Position numbers and translations under genes: made by a program
Origin: Pseudomonadota bacterium
Lineage (GTDB): Bacteria; Pseudomonadota; Gammaproteobacteria; Arenicellales; Poriferihabitantaceae
Direction: 5' to 3'
Length of the DNA: 29,336 nt
Assembly: GCA_024226105.1 (NCBI GenBank)
Contig: JAAELZ010000211.1
Span: 1-29,336 of the forward strand
The notes under the pieces: model-generated
The model's input: only the letters and a program-made list of their open reading frames with translations
Databases searched by the model: none
Told to the model about the DNA's origin: nothing
Part shown: positions 7,719 to 17,216 of the stretch, in pieces
How positions within the stretch are numbered: the first letter of the stretch is position 1
Layout of the letters: each line of letters opens with the position of its first letter

Positions 7719-9445
7719 GATTGTGCAGCCTTCCTCAGTTTGGTCGTTTGACGAGTGTTTACGTCGCCGTTCTGATCCAGCGCCACGGCGTAGTCTCGTA
7801 CAGCACTTTGCTGGCTGACAAAACCAAGGGCAACATCACGCGCTACAGCTGCCGGCTGGCGTTCAAACGGCAAGCCATAGCCGCCGCCGCCCGGGGTCTC
7901 CAGACGCACGCACTGGCCTTTCTTCAATTTGATCCCAACCATTTTTGAAACCATCGGCGGGATGTAATCGCCATCCTGCTGCTGGTAGGTGAATTTGTTA
8001 AGCGCCGCCGGTTTGCCACCGACAACGCCGGGGGGAGGGAATTTTCCACGTTCACCAAATAAAAAGACATCCGCATTTTCTTCCAGCAATTCAATTTCAT
8101 AGATTGCCCCAAGACCGCCACGGTGGCGTCCCGGTCCACCACTGTCAGGACGCAGGCTCCATTGGGTGAACATTACCGGATAAGCAGCTTCCAGTATTTC
8201 TGCCGGAGGAATGGTCGCGGTAGAAATTGGCGCATTACCATGGTTCAGGCCGTCGCCTTCAGGATGGCCACCATGACCGCCACCAAAAAATGAGAACATC
8301 ACCCAACGGCTTTTGTCTTTGCGAAAACCGGCAAGTGACAGGGCATTGATTGTACCATAAGCGCAACCATTGACCCGTTCGGGTGCCACATCCGCCAGGG
8401 CACAGAAAATCACGTCGATAATGCGCAGGATGGTTTCAGTATAACCCCCGACCGGTTTGGGCGCGCGTACGTTCAACAGTGAGGAATCCGGGATGATCAC
8501 CTCGATTGGCTCCAGAACGCCGGCATTGGCCGGGACTTCCGTAAACAGGTGTTTGGTGGCCACATAGATTGAGGCAATGGCGGTGGAGAGCGAGATATTG
8601 ACCGGTCCGGCACAGGCATCCGACGTGCGGCTAAAATCAAGCGTCATCCGATCATCTTTGATGGTCATATCCAGTACAATTTTCAATGGCTTGTCAACAA
8701 TGCCGTCATTGTCGAGAAAGTCTTCGGCTGAATAAGTTCCATCCGGCAAATCAGATATATTTGCCGCCATCAGTTTGGCCGCGCGATTGCGCAACTCCAG
8801 TAATGCTTCTGCCACAATTGTATCGGAATACTCATCCAGCAGTGCCTTCATCCGCCGCATTCCCAAATCAAGTGCGTTGATCTGTCCGTTCAGGTCGCCA
8901 TAAAGACTGCCAGGCAAGCGTGAATTCGCCAGCAGAATATCGACCACGTCCTGACGCAGCTCGCCCTTGCAAAAAAGTTTTACCGGCGGGATCAGCATGC
9001 CTTCCTGAAAACTTTCCGTAGCAACCGGGTTGTAGTTCCCGGGCACGTTGCCACCCACATCGTGCCAGTGACCGACCGAGGCAAGGAAGCAGAATATCTG
9101 GCCGTCCCGGTAGAAAGGCTGCACCAGCCTGAAATCTGAAAGATGAGTGCCACCATCATAGGGGTCATTAAAAATATAAATGTCGCCATCAGCCAGGTCA
9201 CCGTCCTTTGACGCTTTTTCAATCACTGCTTTCACAGCAAAAGACATGGCGCCGACGAAAATTGGCAAACCGGATTTACCCTGCACCAGCGTTTCGCCGG
9301 TCTTGGCGTGGTAAAGTCCGTGTGAGGCATCATGTGCCTCAGCAATTATTGGATTGAATGCGCTACGAAACAAGGTGGCATCCATTTCGTCCGCGATTTG
9401 TTCCAGACGGCCTTTCAGCACCGCCAGGGTCACTGGATCAATCAT
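7715..9445 (-). CDS. Hydantoinase B/oxoprolinase family subunit
   Basis: MIDPVTLAVL, FNDPYDGGTHLSD, GHWHDVGG, EGMLIPP, ETPGGGGYG. Start placed at ATG 9445 (GAGGA RBS, overlapping the lyase stop) rather than 9457. Confidence 0.95.
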   Translation of the reverse strand: MIDPVTLAVLKGRLEQIADEMDATLFRSAFNPIIAEAHDASHGLYHAKTGETLVQGKSGLPIFVGAMSFAVKAVIEKASKDGDLADGDIYIFNDPYDGGTHLSDFRLVQPFYRDGQIFCFLASVGHWHDVGGNVPGNYNPVATESFQEGMLIPPVKLFCKGELRQDVVDILLANSRLPGSLYGDLNGQINALDLGMRRMKALLDEYSDTIVAEALLELRNRAAKLMAANISDLPDGTYSAEDFLDNDGIVDKPLKIVLDMTIKDDRMTLDFSRTSDACAGPVNISLSTAIASIYVATKHLFTEVPANAGVLEPIEVIIPDSSLLNVRAPKPVGGYTETILRIIDVIFCALADVAPERVNGCAYGTINALSLAGFRKDKSRWVMFSFFGGGHGGHPEGDGLNHGNAPISTATIPPAEILEAAYPVMFTQWSLRPDSGGPGRHRGGLGAIYEIELLEENADVFLFGERGKFPPPGVVGGKPAALNKFTYQQQDGDYIPPMVSKMVGIKLKKGQCVRLETPGGGGYGLPFERQPAAVARDVALGFVSQQSAVRDYAVALDQNGDVNTRQTTKLRKAAQS

Positions 9446-10331
9446 TGTTATCCTCAAAGTTTACCGCATCGTAACTTGCTCCAAGGGCCAGCAGGTCATC
9501 GGTGCCGAGCAATCCGTTTAATCCGTCGAAGTCCAGCATCCGGTGTTGAAACGGCACGTTTGACCCATGAGTTTTAAGGCTAGAAAGATATTCCTGTATG
9601 GTCCTGGCTATGGCTCGCACCATGCCACCTGGAAAGATTGCAAGCGAAAATCCGATGGTTTTCAGTTCTGCAGCGGTTTTCTGGGGCGTCCTGCCACCCT
9701 CGACCATATTGGCCATCAGCGGTAGGCGAGATCCAAAACGCTCGACAATCGCCTGAATCTGTTCCATGGATTGTGGCGCTTCGACAAAAAGGATATCAGC
9801 CCCGGCCTCGGTATACTGTTCCGCGCGGTCCAGAGCAGCGTGAAAGCCTTCCACCGCAATGCCATCGGTACGCGCAATAATCAGGGTATCAGAACTACGC
9901 CGTGCATCCAGTGCCGCTTTGATCTTGCCGACCATTTCAGCGCTACTCACCAGTGTTTTGCCGCTCAGGTGACCGCAACGTTTGGGCAGGGTCTGATCCT
10001 CCAGCTGGATAGCGCCAGCCCCTGCGGATTCGAATAGGCGTATCGTGCGCATGACGTTGAGTGCATTGCCAAAACCGGTATCAGCATCGACCACAATGCG
10101 CAATTTACAACGTTCTGAGATTACCGACAGTGTTTCGGCAACTTCGGACATGCCAACCAGTCCGATATCCGGACGCCCAAATCGTGTATAGGCGATAGAT
10201 GCCCCCGAAAGATAGGCTGCGTGAAACCCCGCCTGTTCCACCATGGCGGCACCGAACGCATCAAATATGCCGGGAGCGATGGCAATCTCATCCCCGGATA
10301 ACTGGCTTTTCAGGTTTGGGTGGAGCGTCAC
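9438..10331 (-). CDS. Isocitrate lyase/PEP mutase family C-C lyase (methylisocitrate/dimethylmalate lyase-like)
   Basis: YLSGASIA, DADTGFG, LEDQ.LPKRCGH (catalytic Cys loop), IIARTD, ANMVEGGRTP. GTGA overlap with the LeuD-like gene. Confidence 0.93.
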   Translation of the reverse strand: MTLHPNLKSQLSGDEIAIAPGIFDAFGAAMVEQAGFHAAYLSGASIAYTRFGRPDIGLVGMSEVAETLSVISERCKLRIVVDADTGFGNALNVMRTIRLFESAGAGAIQLEDQTLPKRCGHLSGKTLVSSAEMVGKIKAALDARRSSDTLIIARTDGIAVEGFHAALDRAEQYTEAGADILFVEAPQSMEQIQAIVERFGSRLPLMANMVEGGRTPQKTAAELKTIGFSLAIFPGGMVRAIARTIQEYLSSLKTHGSNVPFQHRMLDFDGLNGLLGTDDLLALGASYDAVNFEDNND

Positions 10332-10831
10332 GTTGCAGCATCCCTTGTTGCCAGCCTTTTTTCCAGATGCTTCACCAGACCACCGTCTCTTACTATTTCC
10401 AGAAGATTGTCAGGCAATCGATCGCACTGATAGGTCTCATCGGTGGTGTGATTGGTAATTACGCCGTTTGCTGCATCTGCTGATATTTCATCACCCATGC
10501 GTATATTACCGGCATTTTTGCAAGTCAGCGCAACAACGCCAAAATTCAAGGCATTGCGAAAGAAAATTCCGGCAAAGGATTTGGCAACCAGTGTGCGCAC
10601 GCCAAGAAACTGCAGAGCCTGCACTGCCTGTTCGCGAGAAGAACCAATGCCGAAATTCTCACCGCCAACTATCACATCACCCGGATTTACATTCCCGGCA
10701 AATTGCGGATCAGCTGCCTCAAGACAATGATCGGCAAGTTGTTTTAGCGGGCCTTTCATGTAGAGACCGGGGGCAAGAATATCCGTATCGATGTTGTCAC
10801 CAAATACCCAGGCTTTCCCGTTTTTTGTCAT
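10328..10831 (-). CDS. 3-isopropylmalate dehydratase-like small subunit (short HacB/DmdB type)
   Basis: FGDNIDTDILAPG, NFGIGSSREQA, KSFAGIFFRNALNFG; 167 aa. Not named leuD because the context is catabolic. Confidence 0.93.
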   Translation of the reverse strand: MTKNGKAWVFGDNIDTDILAPGLYMKGPLKQLADHCLEAADPQFAGNVNPGDVIVGGENFGIGSSREQAVQALQFLGVRTLVAKSFAGIFFRNALNFGVVALTCKNAGNIRMGDEISADAANGVITNHTTDETYQCDRLPDNLLEIVRDGGLVKHLEKRLATRDAAT

Positions 10832-12105
10832 ATCCTACCCTCTTCAAGAAATTCCCGTGGATCAGTAATGAAACCGGTCACTGCACTTGCCGCCACAGTG
10901 TAGGGTGAACCGAGGTATACCTTTGACGTCAAAGCTCCCATACGTCCCTGAAAATTACGTGCGGTCGAGGAAATGCAGGTTTCATTTTCAGCCAGTACAC
11001 CCGCGCCATATCCAGCGCAAGCCCCACACCCCGAGGGCATCAGGATAGCGCCAGCTGCAGTCAGAGTTGCCAATGTACCATCACTCGCAGCGGCAGCGGT
11101 AATTCTGGTGCTCGCGGGCGCCAGTAGCAAACGGGTACTGCTGGAAATTTTGCGACCTTTCAAAACGGCGGCAGCCATATGCAGGTCATCCAGTTTTGCC
11201 CCGGTACAGCCCCCGATATAGGCCTGATGCACAGATACGCCCGTATGCATGTCCACTGGTGCGCAATTGGCCGGAGAATGAGGTGCTGCCACATAGGGGG
11301 AAAGGCTTGAGGCATCCACGAGGTGTGTTTTCAGATATTCTGCATCCGCGTCGCCCAACCATTTTTCTCGATCACCCGCATCACCGCCCGCGGCGCGAAT
11401 ATAGTCTGTTGTCGTTTCATCAGCAGCAATCAAACCGGTCTGTGCTCCAAGTTCCGCTGCCATGTTGCACAGCGTCATGCGGCTCATCATTGGCATATCG
11501 CAAACCGTGTTTCCGCAATACTCAATCACCTGATATTCCGCGCCACCTGTGCCTATACGTGCACATAGATGAAGGATGATATCCTTGGCGCATATGCCGG
11601 TTCCAAGAGAACCGTTTATATCGACACGTATGGTGCCCGGGACTTTTATCCATGTCTCGCCCGTTACCAGAATCCCGGCCATATCGGTGGCTCCCACGCC
11701 AAACATGAAACATCCAAATGCCCCCCCGGTTGGTGAATGGCTGTCACCGCCAACCACGAATTTGCCCGGTGACAAGTGGCCGCGCTCAGGCAGAACCACA
11801 TGGCAGATGCCCTGCATATCATAAAATCTGCTAATCCGGTTATCGCTCACCCATTTTCGGGTCATATCCAGTATTGCGGCACTCATCGCATCAACCGCCG
11901 GCACAAAATGATCCGAGATCACCACCACTTTGTCCGGGTTCCAGACTGTTGCACCAAGCTGTTCCAATATCGGTTTCACCCGCCGAGGACCGCCGCTGTC
12001 ATGCATCATCGCCAGATCGACCGTGCAGGTTACCACCTCGCCCGGATTAACGCTTTGGCGTCCGCATGCGCGTGCTATTATTTTTTCTGCCAGTGTTGCG
12101 GCCAT
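10828..12105 (-). CDS. 3-isopropylmalate dehydratase/aconitase-family large subunit (HacA/DmdA type)
   Basis: TLAEKII, DHFVP, GICH, GDSHS, RMTLCNMAAELGA; [4Fe-4S] ligands in IGGCT and SGCGAC; STARNFQGRMG; 425 aa. Confidence 0.95.
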   Translation of the reverse strand: MAATLAEKIIARACGRQSVNPGEVVTCTVDLAMMHDSGGPRRVKPILEQLGATVWNPDKVVVISDHFVPAVDAMSAAILDMTRKWVSDNRISRFYDMQGICHVVLPERGHLSPGKFVVGGDSHSPTGGAFGCFMFGVGATDMAGILVTGETWIKVPGTIRVDINGSLGTGICAKDIILHLCARIGTGGAEYQVIEYCGNTVCDMPMMSRMTLCNMAAELGAQTGLIAADETTTDYIRAAGGDAGDREKWLGDADAEYLKTHLVDASSLSPYVAAPHSPANCAPVDMHTGVSVHQAYIGGCTGAKLDDLHMAAAVLKGRKISSSTRLLLAPASTRITAAAASDGTLATLTAAGAILMPSGCGACAGYGAGVLAENETCISSTARNFQGRMGALTSKVYLGSPYTVAASAVTGFITDPREFLEEGRI

Positions 12106-12126
12106 TATTTTTATAGTTCCAGGCGA

Positions 12127-13452
12127 CTAGTTTCCCATCAATACCGGGTCAAATGGATAGGTGGTCAGGTTTTCGTGACCATCTTGTGTTATCAGGACCT
12201 GATCTTCAAGCTTGATCGAGAAATCCCCTCCTACAGCACCTACGAGTGCTTCGACGCACAGCACCATTCCGGGCTCCAGAACATAGTCGAATGCCCCTTC
12301 GACAAACTGGCTTGGATAGGCAATTGTTGGCCATTCATCGCACAGGCCCACGCCGTGCATTTTGCAACCATATTTCAGAGGTTCAAATACATCGTCGAGA
12401 TGGTGCCCGCCATAGGTCAACTCGCTCATACTGACGCCTGGTTTCAGCATTTCAATATTGGTCATTATATGCTCATGTGCGTGGCGCATAGCATAGACCA
12501 TTTCATTTGATGGCTTATCATCGCCAAACCACCAGGTTCGAGAAATATCAACGCAGATGCCATAAGTGCCGATCAGATCGGTATCAAAGGCGACTATCTC
12601 ATTGTTTTGCAGAATTCGGGGGCCACATTCCTGGAACCACGGATTAGTTCGCGGGCCAGTTGTCAGCAAACGCGTCTCAATCCATTCACCACCACGTTTG
12701 ATGTTTTCTGCGTGAAGAACCGCCCAGATTTCATCCTCGGAAAGGCCCGTCCGTGTCTGCTCATACATCGCACCAACGGCGGTTTCGCCAGCATGCATGG
12801 CGCAGCGCATGGCAAGGATCTCATCGGGCCCTTTTATCGAGCGGCTTTTCTCGGTAACTTCCTCACCTTCCTCAATCGTGAAGCCCGTTGCTTCAAGCGC
12901 CTTCAGACCGGCAATCTGAATTTTGTCGACGGCCAGGGCGCGGTTATCACCGGAATGTTCACGCATTAATTCGTCAACCTGAACAACGAAACTCCTTGCA
13001 TCGTCTTCACCCTTGTCACCGCTGACCATATAAAAGGATGAAGCGCCCGAGCGGCATTCTCGAACCAGTGGATTGAAATCCGCCAGAAAAGGCGAATTCT
13101 TGTAATCCCAGATCACCATATATCCGTCGGCACACAAAAGGACCGCACGGAAAGGATTGTGGGTATTCCACAATTGCATGTTTGTGGTGTCTGTGGCGTA
13201 GCGGATATTAAGCGGATCAAACATCAGCAACCCACCATAGTGCCGCTCTACTATGTGCTGGGTAAGCCGCTTCCAGCGAAATTCCCGCATACGCTGTAGA
13301 TTTGGTAAGGTCAGTCCGGCCCTCTCCCACTCCCGGAAGGCCAGTTGAGTTGGTCCGATTTCGATACGGTCAAGATCGTTTGGTGTTCCATCACCCAGGG
13401 TCGTTCCTCGGCTTGGATCTATCTTGCGGATGTCAGAATAATACTGTTTCAT
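12127..13452 (-). CDS. dddP: Dimethylsulfoniopropionate (DMSP) lyase DddP (M24 peptidase fold)
   Basis: RKIDPSRG.TLGD.TPND..RIEIGPTQLAF.EW, TNMQLWN.HNPFRA, WIETRLL..GPRTNPWFQECG, and metal ligands FDTD, VDISR, MHGVG, CVEA, KLEDQ closely match roseobacter DddP as I recall it. Start set at ATG 13452 (MKQYYSD); the track's 13596 start is an extension. Confidence 0.93.
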   Translation of the reverse strand: MKQYYSDIRKIDPSRGTTLGDGTPNDLDRIEIGPTQLAFREWERAGLTLPNLQRMREFRWKRLTQHIVERHYGGLLMFDPLNIRYATDTTNMQLWNTHNPFRAVLLCADGYMVIWDYKNSPFLADFNPLVRECRSGASSFYMVSGDKGEDDARSFVVQVDELMREHSGDNRALAVDKIQIAGLKALEATGFTIEEGEEVTEKSRSIKGPDEILAMRCAMHAGETAVGAMYEQTRTGLSEDEIWAVLHAENIKRGGEWIETRLLTTGPRTNPWFQECGPRILQNNEIVAFDTDLIGTYGICVDISRTWWFGDDKPSNEMVYAMRHAHEHIMTNIEMLKPGVSMSELTYGGHHLDDVFEPLKYGCKMHGVGLCDEWPTIAYPSQFVEGAFDYVLEPGMVLCVEALVGAVGGDFSIKLEDQVLITQDGHENLTTYPFDPVLMGN

Positions 13453-13760
13453 GGCCATCATTCCAATCTGTTTTATCAACGGTAAGAACATTACAAATTG
13501 GTTGTCAATGAATTTTTGTGCCGATCCTGGCATCGCAAAAGGAATGCGGCTGGCAGTCGGGGGATGGATGGTTTGCGCGGCTTTTTTCAAATGCAAAATT
13601 AATAGATTGATTCAGGAAAGCTCTCTATTGTCAGTTGAGTTTTTCTATATATCTGGATAGCTGCTCTCGCGGCAAGAACTGCGGAGAGCAATTTGAACAT
13701 TTGACTTTTTGACGGGTACTTCTGTTCGCACTGCCTTGCATATTCCCGCAAATTTGAGAT

Positions 13761-15540
13761 TTACAAATTGAGAGTATCAGGATCAATGTCCAAAATTGCC
13801 TGATAGTGACTCAAATAGACCTTGCCGGTCAGGTGCTTGAAAAACTCCATTTTCTTCAAGCCGTCCATAACCGGGCCTTTGATTTCGGACATTCAAAACA
13901 GAACACCTGAATCTTTAAGCCTGTGGTTGATTTCTTCAATGCTTTCAAGTGCGCTCGCGTCAATGGCGTTCACGGCTGAACACATCAGAACTACATGTTT
14001 GATTTCAGGACGGCTGGTTATGTAGCCGTAAATAAAATCCTCCAGATAGCGGGCATTGGCAAAATACAGGCTTTCGTCGATCCTGATGGAAACGACCGAG
14101 GGACTGGTGTTTACATTGTGGCGCAGAATATTACGGAAGTGCTCGCTCCCCGCGACATTGCCAACAATCGCCAAATGCGGCCTGCTGGTATTATAAAGAT
14201 GGATTCCCACGGACAAGGCAACACCGACCGTAATACCCAGTTCCAAACCGAATATCAGCGTCACCACTATTGTTGCCAGCATCGCTGAAAAATCCGTGCG
14301 TGAATACCGCCAGGTGTGACGCATTGTTGCAAAGTTGATAAGCGAAACAACCGCAACAATGATAATTGCCGCCAGCGTCGCGACTGGAAGATAATATAGC
14401 ATAGGCGTCAGCAATAGCGTCGCGACAGCAATGCAAACGGCAGTGAAGGCGCCAGCCGCAGGGGTCTTTGCGCCGGCATCAAAGTTGACGACCGAACGCG
14501 AGAAACCTCCGGTTACCGGATAGGCCCCTGAAAATGCCGAGCCGAGATTTGCCATCCCAAGACCAATCAGTTCCTGATTTGGATTGATGCGCTGCCGTTT
14601 CTTTGCCGCCAGTGTCTGGGCAATCGAGATAGACTCCACGAAGCCAATTATACTGATAAGCATCGCCGGGCCTGCAAGTGCCGACCATAATTCCATATCA
14701 AAGGAAGGAATTGAAAAACCTGGCAATCCAACCGGTACTTCACCGATAATGTGCACACCGTAACCGGCAAAGTCAAAAACCGCGGAAACAATTACCGTCA
14801 CGCTGACTGCAATCAGCGGGCCGGCCTTGGCGAGAACCGACGCCAGAATTGAGTTGGCACCTTTGGAAATCAGGAAAGGTTTTAGGAGATTTTCTGGACC
14901 AGTACAAAAATACAATAACGCCGATGCCCAATATCAGACTGATCAGATTGGTTTGTGTGATTTGTCCCAGAATAGATGTGACCAGCTGATAAAATCCTCG
15001 CCCCGCAACCTTTATGCCAAGAAGATGTTTTAGCTGGCTGGTTGCTATGATAATTGCCGCCGCATTGATAAAACCGGTAATCACCGGATGGCTTAGAAAA
15101 TTGGCCAAAAAACCCAGTCTGAATACTCCCATGGCCAGCAGGAACAGGCCTGAAATGAATGCAAGCAGGATCGCGGCGGTCAGATATTCCGCTGTACCCT
15201 GATCGGCAATTGTGCCAACCGCGGAAGCAGTCAACAGGGAAACGACCGCCACAGGGCCAACCGCCATCACTCGACTGGTGCCAAATAGCGCATAGGCAAC
15301 GAGTGGTAAAATGCTGGCATACAGGCCAATTTCCGGAGGCAGCCCGGCAAGCAGTGCATAGGCCAGGGCCTGGGGGATGAGCATTATAGTGACAGTGATC
15401 GCGGCAACCAGATCGTTTGAAAACGTATTCGTGTTGTAGGTAGCAAGCCATTCAGCTGGTGGAAACCAGCTGGAAATTGTGCCCGAATTTAGATCCAGTC
15501 TGACCTGTTTGGCTGCATTCACCAATTTATCAAGTTTCAA
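13761..15540 (-). pseudogene. SulP/SLC26 family anion permease with STAS domain, disrupted
   Basis: The N-half (IPQALAYA.LAGLPP..GLYAS, GPVAVVSL, LSHPVITGF) and the C-half (QELIGLG, TGGFSRS, RIDESLYFAN) are in different frames; removing one G at 14885-14886 restores WSRKSLKPF. An in-frame TGA at 13893-13895 is followed by the normal tail MSEIKGPVMD...NL to TAA at 13761. Confidence 0.9.
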
Positions 15541-15668
15541 GATAAGGTCCCCTTGACTGGATTATCGGAAAATCTATTGGGCTGAAGTCAAAAAATAGTG
15601 CCAGACCAAATAGCCTGATGATCAAATTCAGCCAGTATTTGTCTCATGCGCTAACCAATTACATATGC

Positions 15669-15691
15669 TCTGCTGATGGAGCAGATTTTTT
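15669..15691. terminator. Possible intrinsic terminator hairpin
   Basis: TCTGCT-GATGG-AGCAGA followed by T6 on +, ~30 nt past the aminotransferase stop. The T-tract is on the opposite strand to the flanking genes, so the call is weak. Confidence 0.3.
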
Positions 15692-15720
15692 ATTCAGGGA
15701 TGCTACGAAACCAGGGTAAT

Positions 15721-17115
15721 CTATTCAAGTGGGTTTTGCTGGCAAAGCTGGTCTGACAGATCTCTTAGGGTACGTTCCAGGCGTTCAAGTAGCTCGGTTG
15801 CTTCTTCAGTCGTAATTGTGAGTGGTGGTGATACCAGAAACCAGTGCCCATATTTTCCACCTGAAGTTGGGCGGGAATAAATCATCAGGCCATTGTTAAG
15901 GCCATGAATTCTTACAAGGTCAGTTGGCTGCAATTCATTTTCAAACGATGCTTTGGTTGTTTGATCGGCGACGATTTCAACGGCAAGAAGCATTCCAAGA
16001 CCACGAATGTCACCAATGATAGGTAGTTTCGCTTTCAGGCTTTCCAGGCCTTTCCGCAGTTTTGCTCCCGTTACAATGGCGTTGTTAGTGAGATCAAGGC
16101 GCGCATATTCATCCAGTACAGCCAATCCGGCAGCCGATGACACAGGATTTGCATTGTAAGAATACTGGAATTCGAACCCGGTGAGATCAGCAAGTTCATC
16201 GACCATGATTGCCGGGGCAAGAACGGCACCTAACGGACTGTATCCGGAAGCCATGCCCTTTGCCATGGTAACAATATCTGGCAAGGCATCCGGCCAGTGG
16301 TGGGCAGCAAGAAATTTACCCGTGCGCCCCATGCCGCATAAAATTTCATCGAAAACCAGATGAATGGCGTGTGATGTGCAGATTTCCCGGATCTGACAAA
16401 TATATTCCCTGGACGGCACGACACATCCTGTAGACAGGCCGCCAACCGGCTCAATGACGAATGCAAGAACATTGCTGGCTCCCAATTCACTAATCCTGGA
16501 TTCCAGTGCGTCGGCGCAATGTCGGGCATAGCTTTTGATATTGTGATTTGGTGGCAGACGGTATGTCAGCGGAGCAGGAATTTTGGGTGTTGGTTCGGTA
16601 AATCCCTGCAGGAACGGTTTCATCATGATTTCGCCGTTCATGGCAAGTGTGGCAATTGTGGCGCCGTGATAGGAGGGTTGACAGGTAATAACTCTGGTTT
16701 TTGATGGCTTTCCGGTGGCAATTGCATATTGACGGAGAAACTTGATGGCATTTTCCATCGCTTCACTTCCACCCGAGGTCAGATGAATACGTTCAAATCC
16801 GGGACCTGCCAGTTTGGCCAGGCGTTGACAATATTCGATGTTGGGACGGTTTTGCGCCAGTCGTGCAAAAGCATATTCCATTTTCTTTGCCTGGGCAGCC
16901 ATAGCCTCGGCAACAACAGCGTTGCCGTGGCCGATATTACTGACAACCGGACCGGAAGAAACATCGATATAAGATGTGCCCTGATCATCCCACATATGTA
17001 TTCCCGAGGCTCGCTCGATAAGGGGTAGAGGGACCTTGTTGGCAGTGGCATAGAAGGCCGATTGTCCCCTTCCATCATTGTGTTTGGTCGAATGTTCTAC
17101 AGATATATCGGGCAT
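15721..17115 (-). CDS. Class III PLP-dependent aminotransferase
   Basis: YIDVSSGP.VSNIGHG, LTSGGSEA.E.AIK, SYHGAT, FVIEPVGG, VFDEILCGMGRTG, TMAKG (PLP Lys). Start likely ATG 17115 (GGAG 6 nt upstream); ATG 17127 is the alternative. Confidence 0.93.
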   Translation of the reverse strand: MPDISVEHSTKHNDGRGQSAFYATANKVPLPLIERASGIHMWDDQGTSYIDVSSGPVVSNIGHGNAVVAEAMAAQAKKMEYAFARLAQNRPNIEYCQRLAKLAGPGFERIHLTSGGSEAMENAIKFLRQYAIATGKPSKTRVITCQPSYHGATIATLAMNGEIMMKPFLQGFTEPTPKIPAPLTYRLPPNHNIKSYARHCADALESRISELGASNVLAFVIEPVGGLSTGCVVPSREYICQIREICTSHAIHLVFDEILCGMGRTGKFLAAHHWPDALPDIVTMAKGMASGYSPLGAVLAPAIMVDELADLTGFEFQYSYNANPVSSAAGLAVLDEYARLDLTNNAIVTGAKLRKGLESLKAKLPIIGDIRGLGMLLAVEIVADQTTKASFENELQPTDLVRIHGLNNGLMIYSRPTSGGKYGHWFLVSPPLTITTEEATELLERLERTLRDLSDQLCQQNPLE

Positions 17116-17148
17116 CGGATTCTCCATTTTTGCGAATTCACATCCTGT

Positions 17149-17202
17149 GATACAATTCCATTATATTGTATCGATAGTATTGACGTGCATATCGAGTCAA
17201 TA
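17149..17202. promoter_or_regulatory. Divergent promoter/operator with two inverted repeats
   Basis: GATACAAT-N8-ATTGTATC (17149-17172, perfect) and TATTGAC-N11-GTCAATA (17178-17202). The second contains back-to-back TTGAC -35-like hexamers. Confidence 0.65.
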
Positions 17203-17216
17203 TAAACATTGTCATC

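Noticed and set aside
10328-12105. Calling these genes biosynthetic leuC/leuD
   Set aside because: No leuA/leuB nearby, short HacA/DmdA-type subunits, and embedded in a catabolic operon.
13453-13596. 48-aa N-terminal extension of DddP in the ORF track
   Set aside because: Similarity to DddP begins at MKQYYSD (13452), which has a GGA 9 nt upstream. The extension is likely open 5' UTR.
13662-13690. Hairpin TGCTCTC...GAGAGCA between sulP and dddP as a terminator
   Set aside because: No U-tract follows on the coding (minus) strand; function cannot be supported.
13893-13895. TGA in SulP as selenocysteine or programmed readthrough
   Set aside because: Not a Cys-type position, no obvious SECIS-like hairpin follows, and the gene has an independent frameshift.
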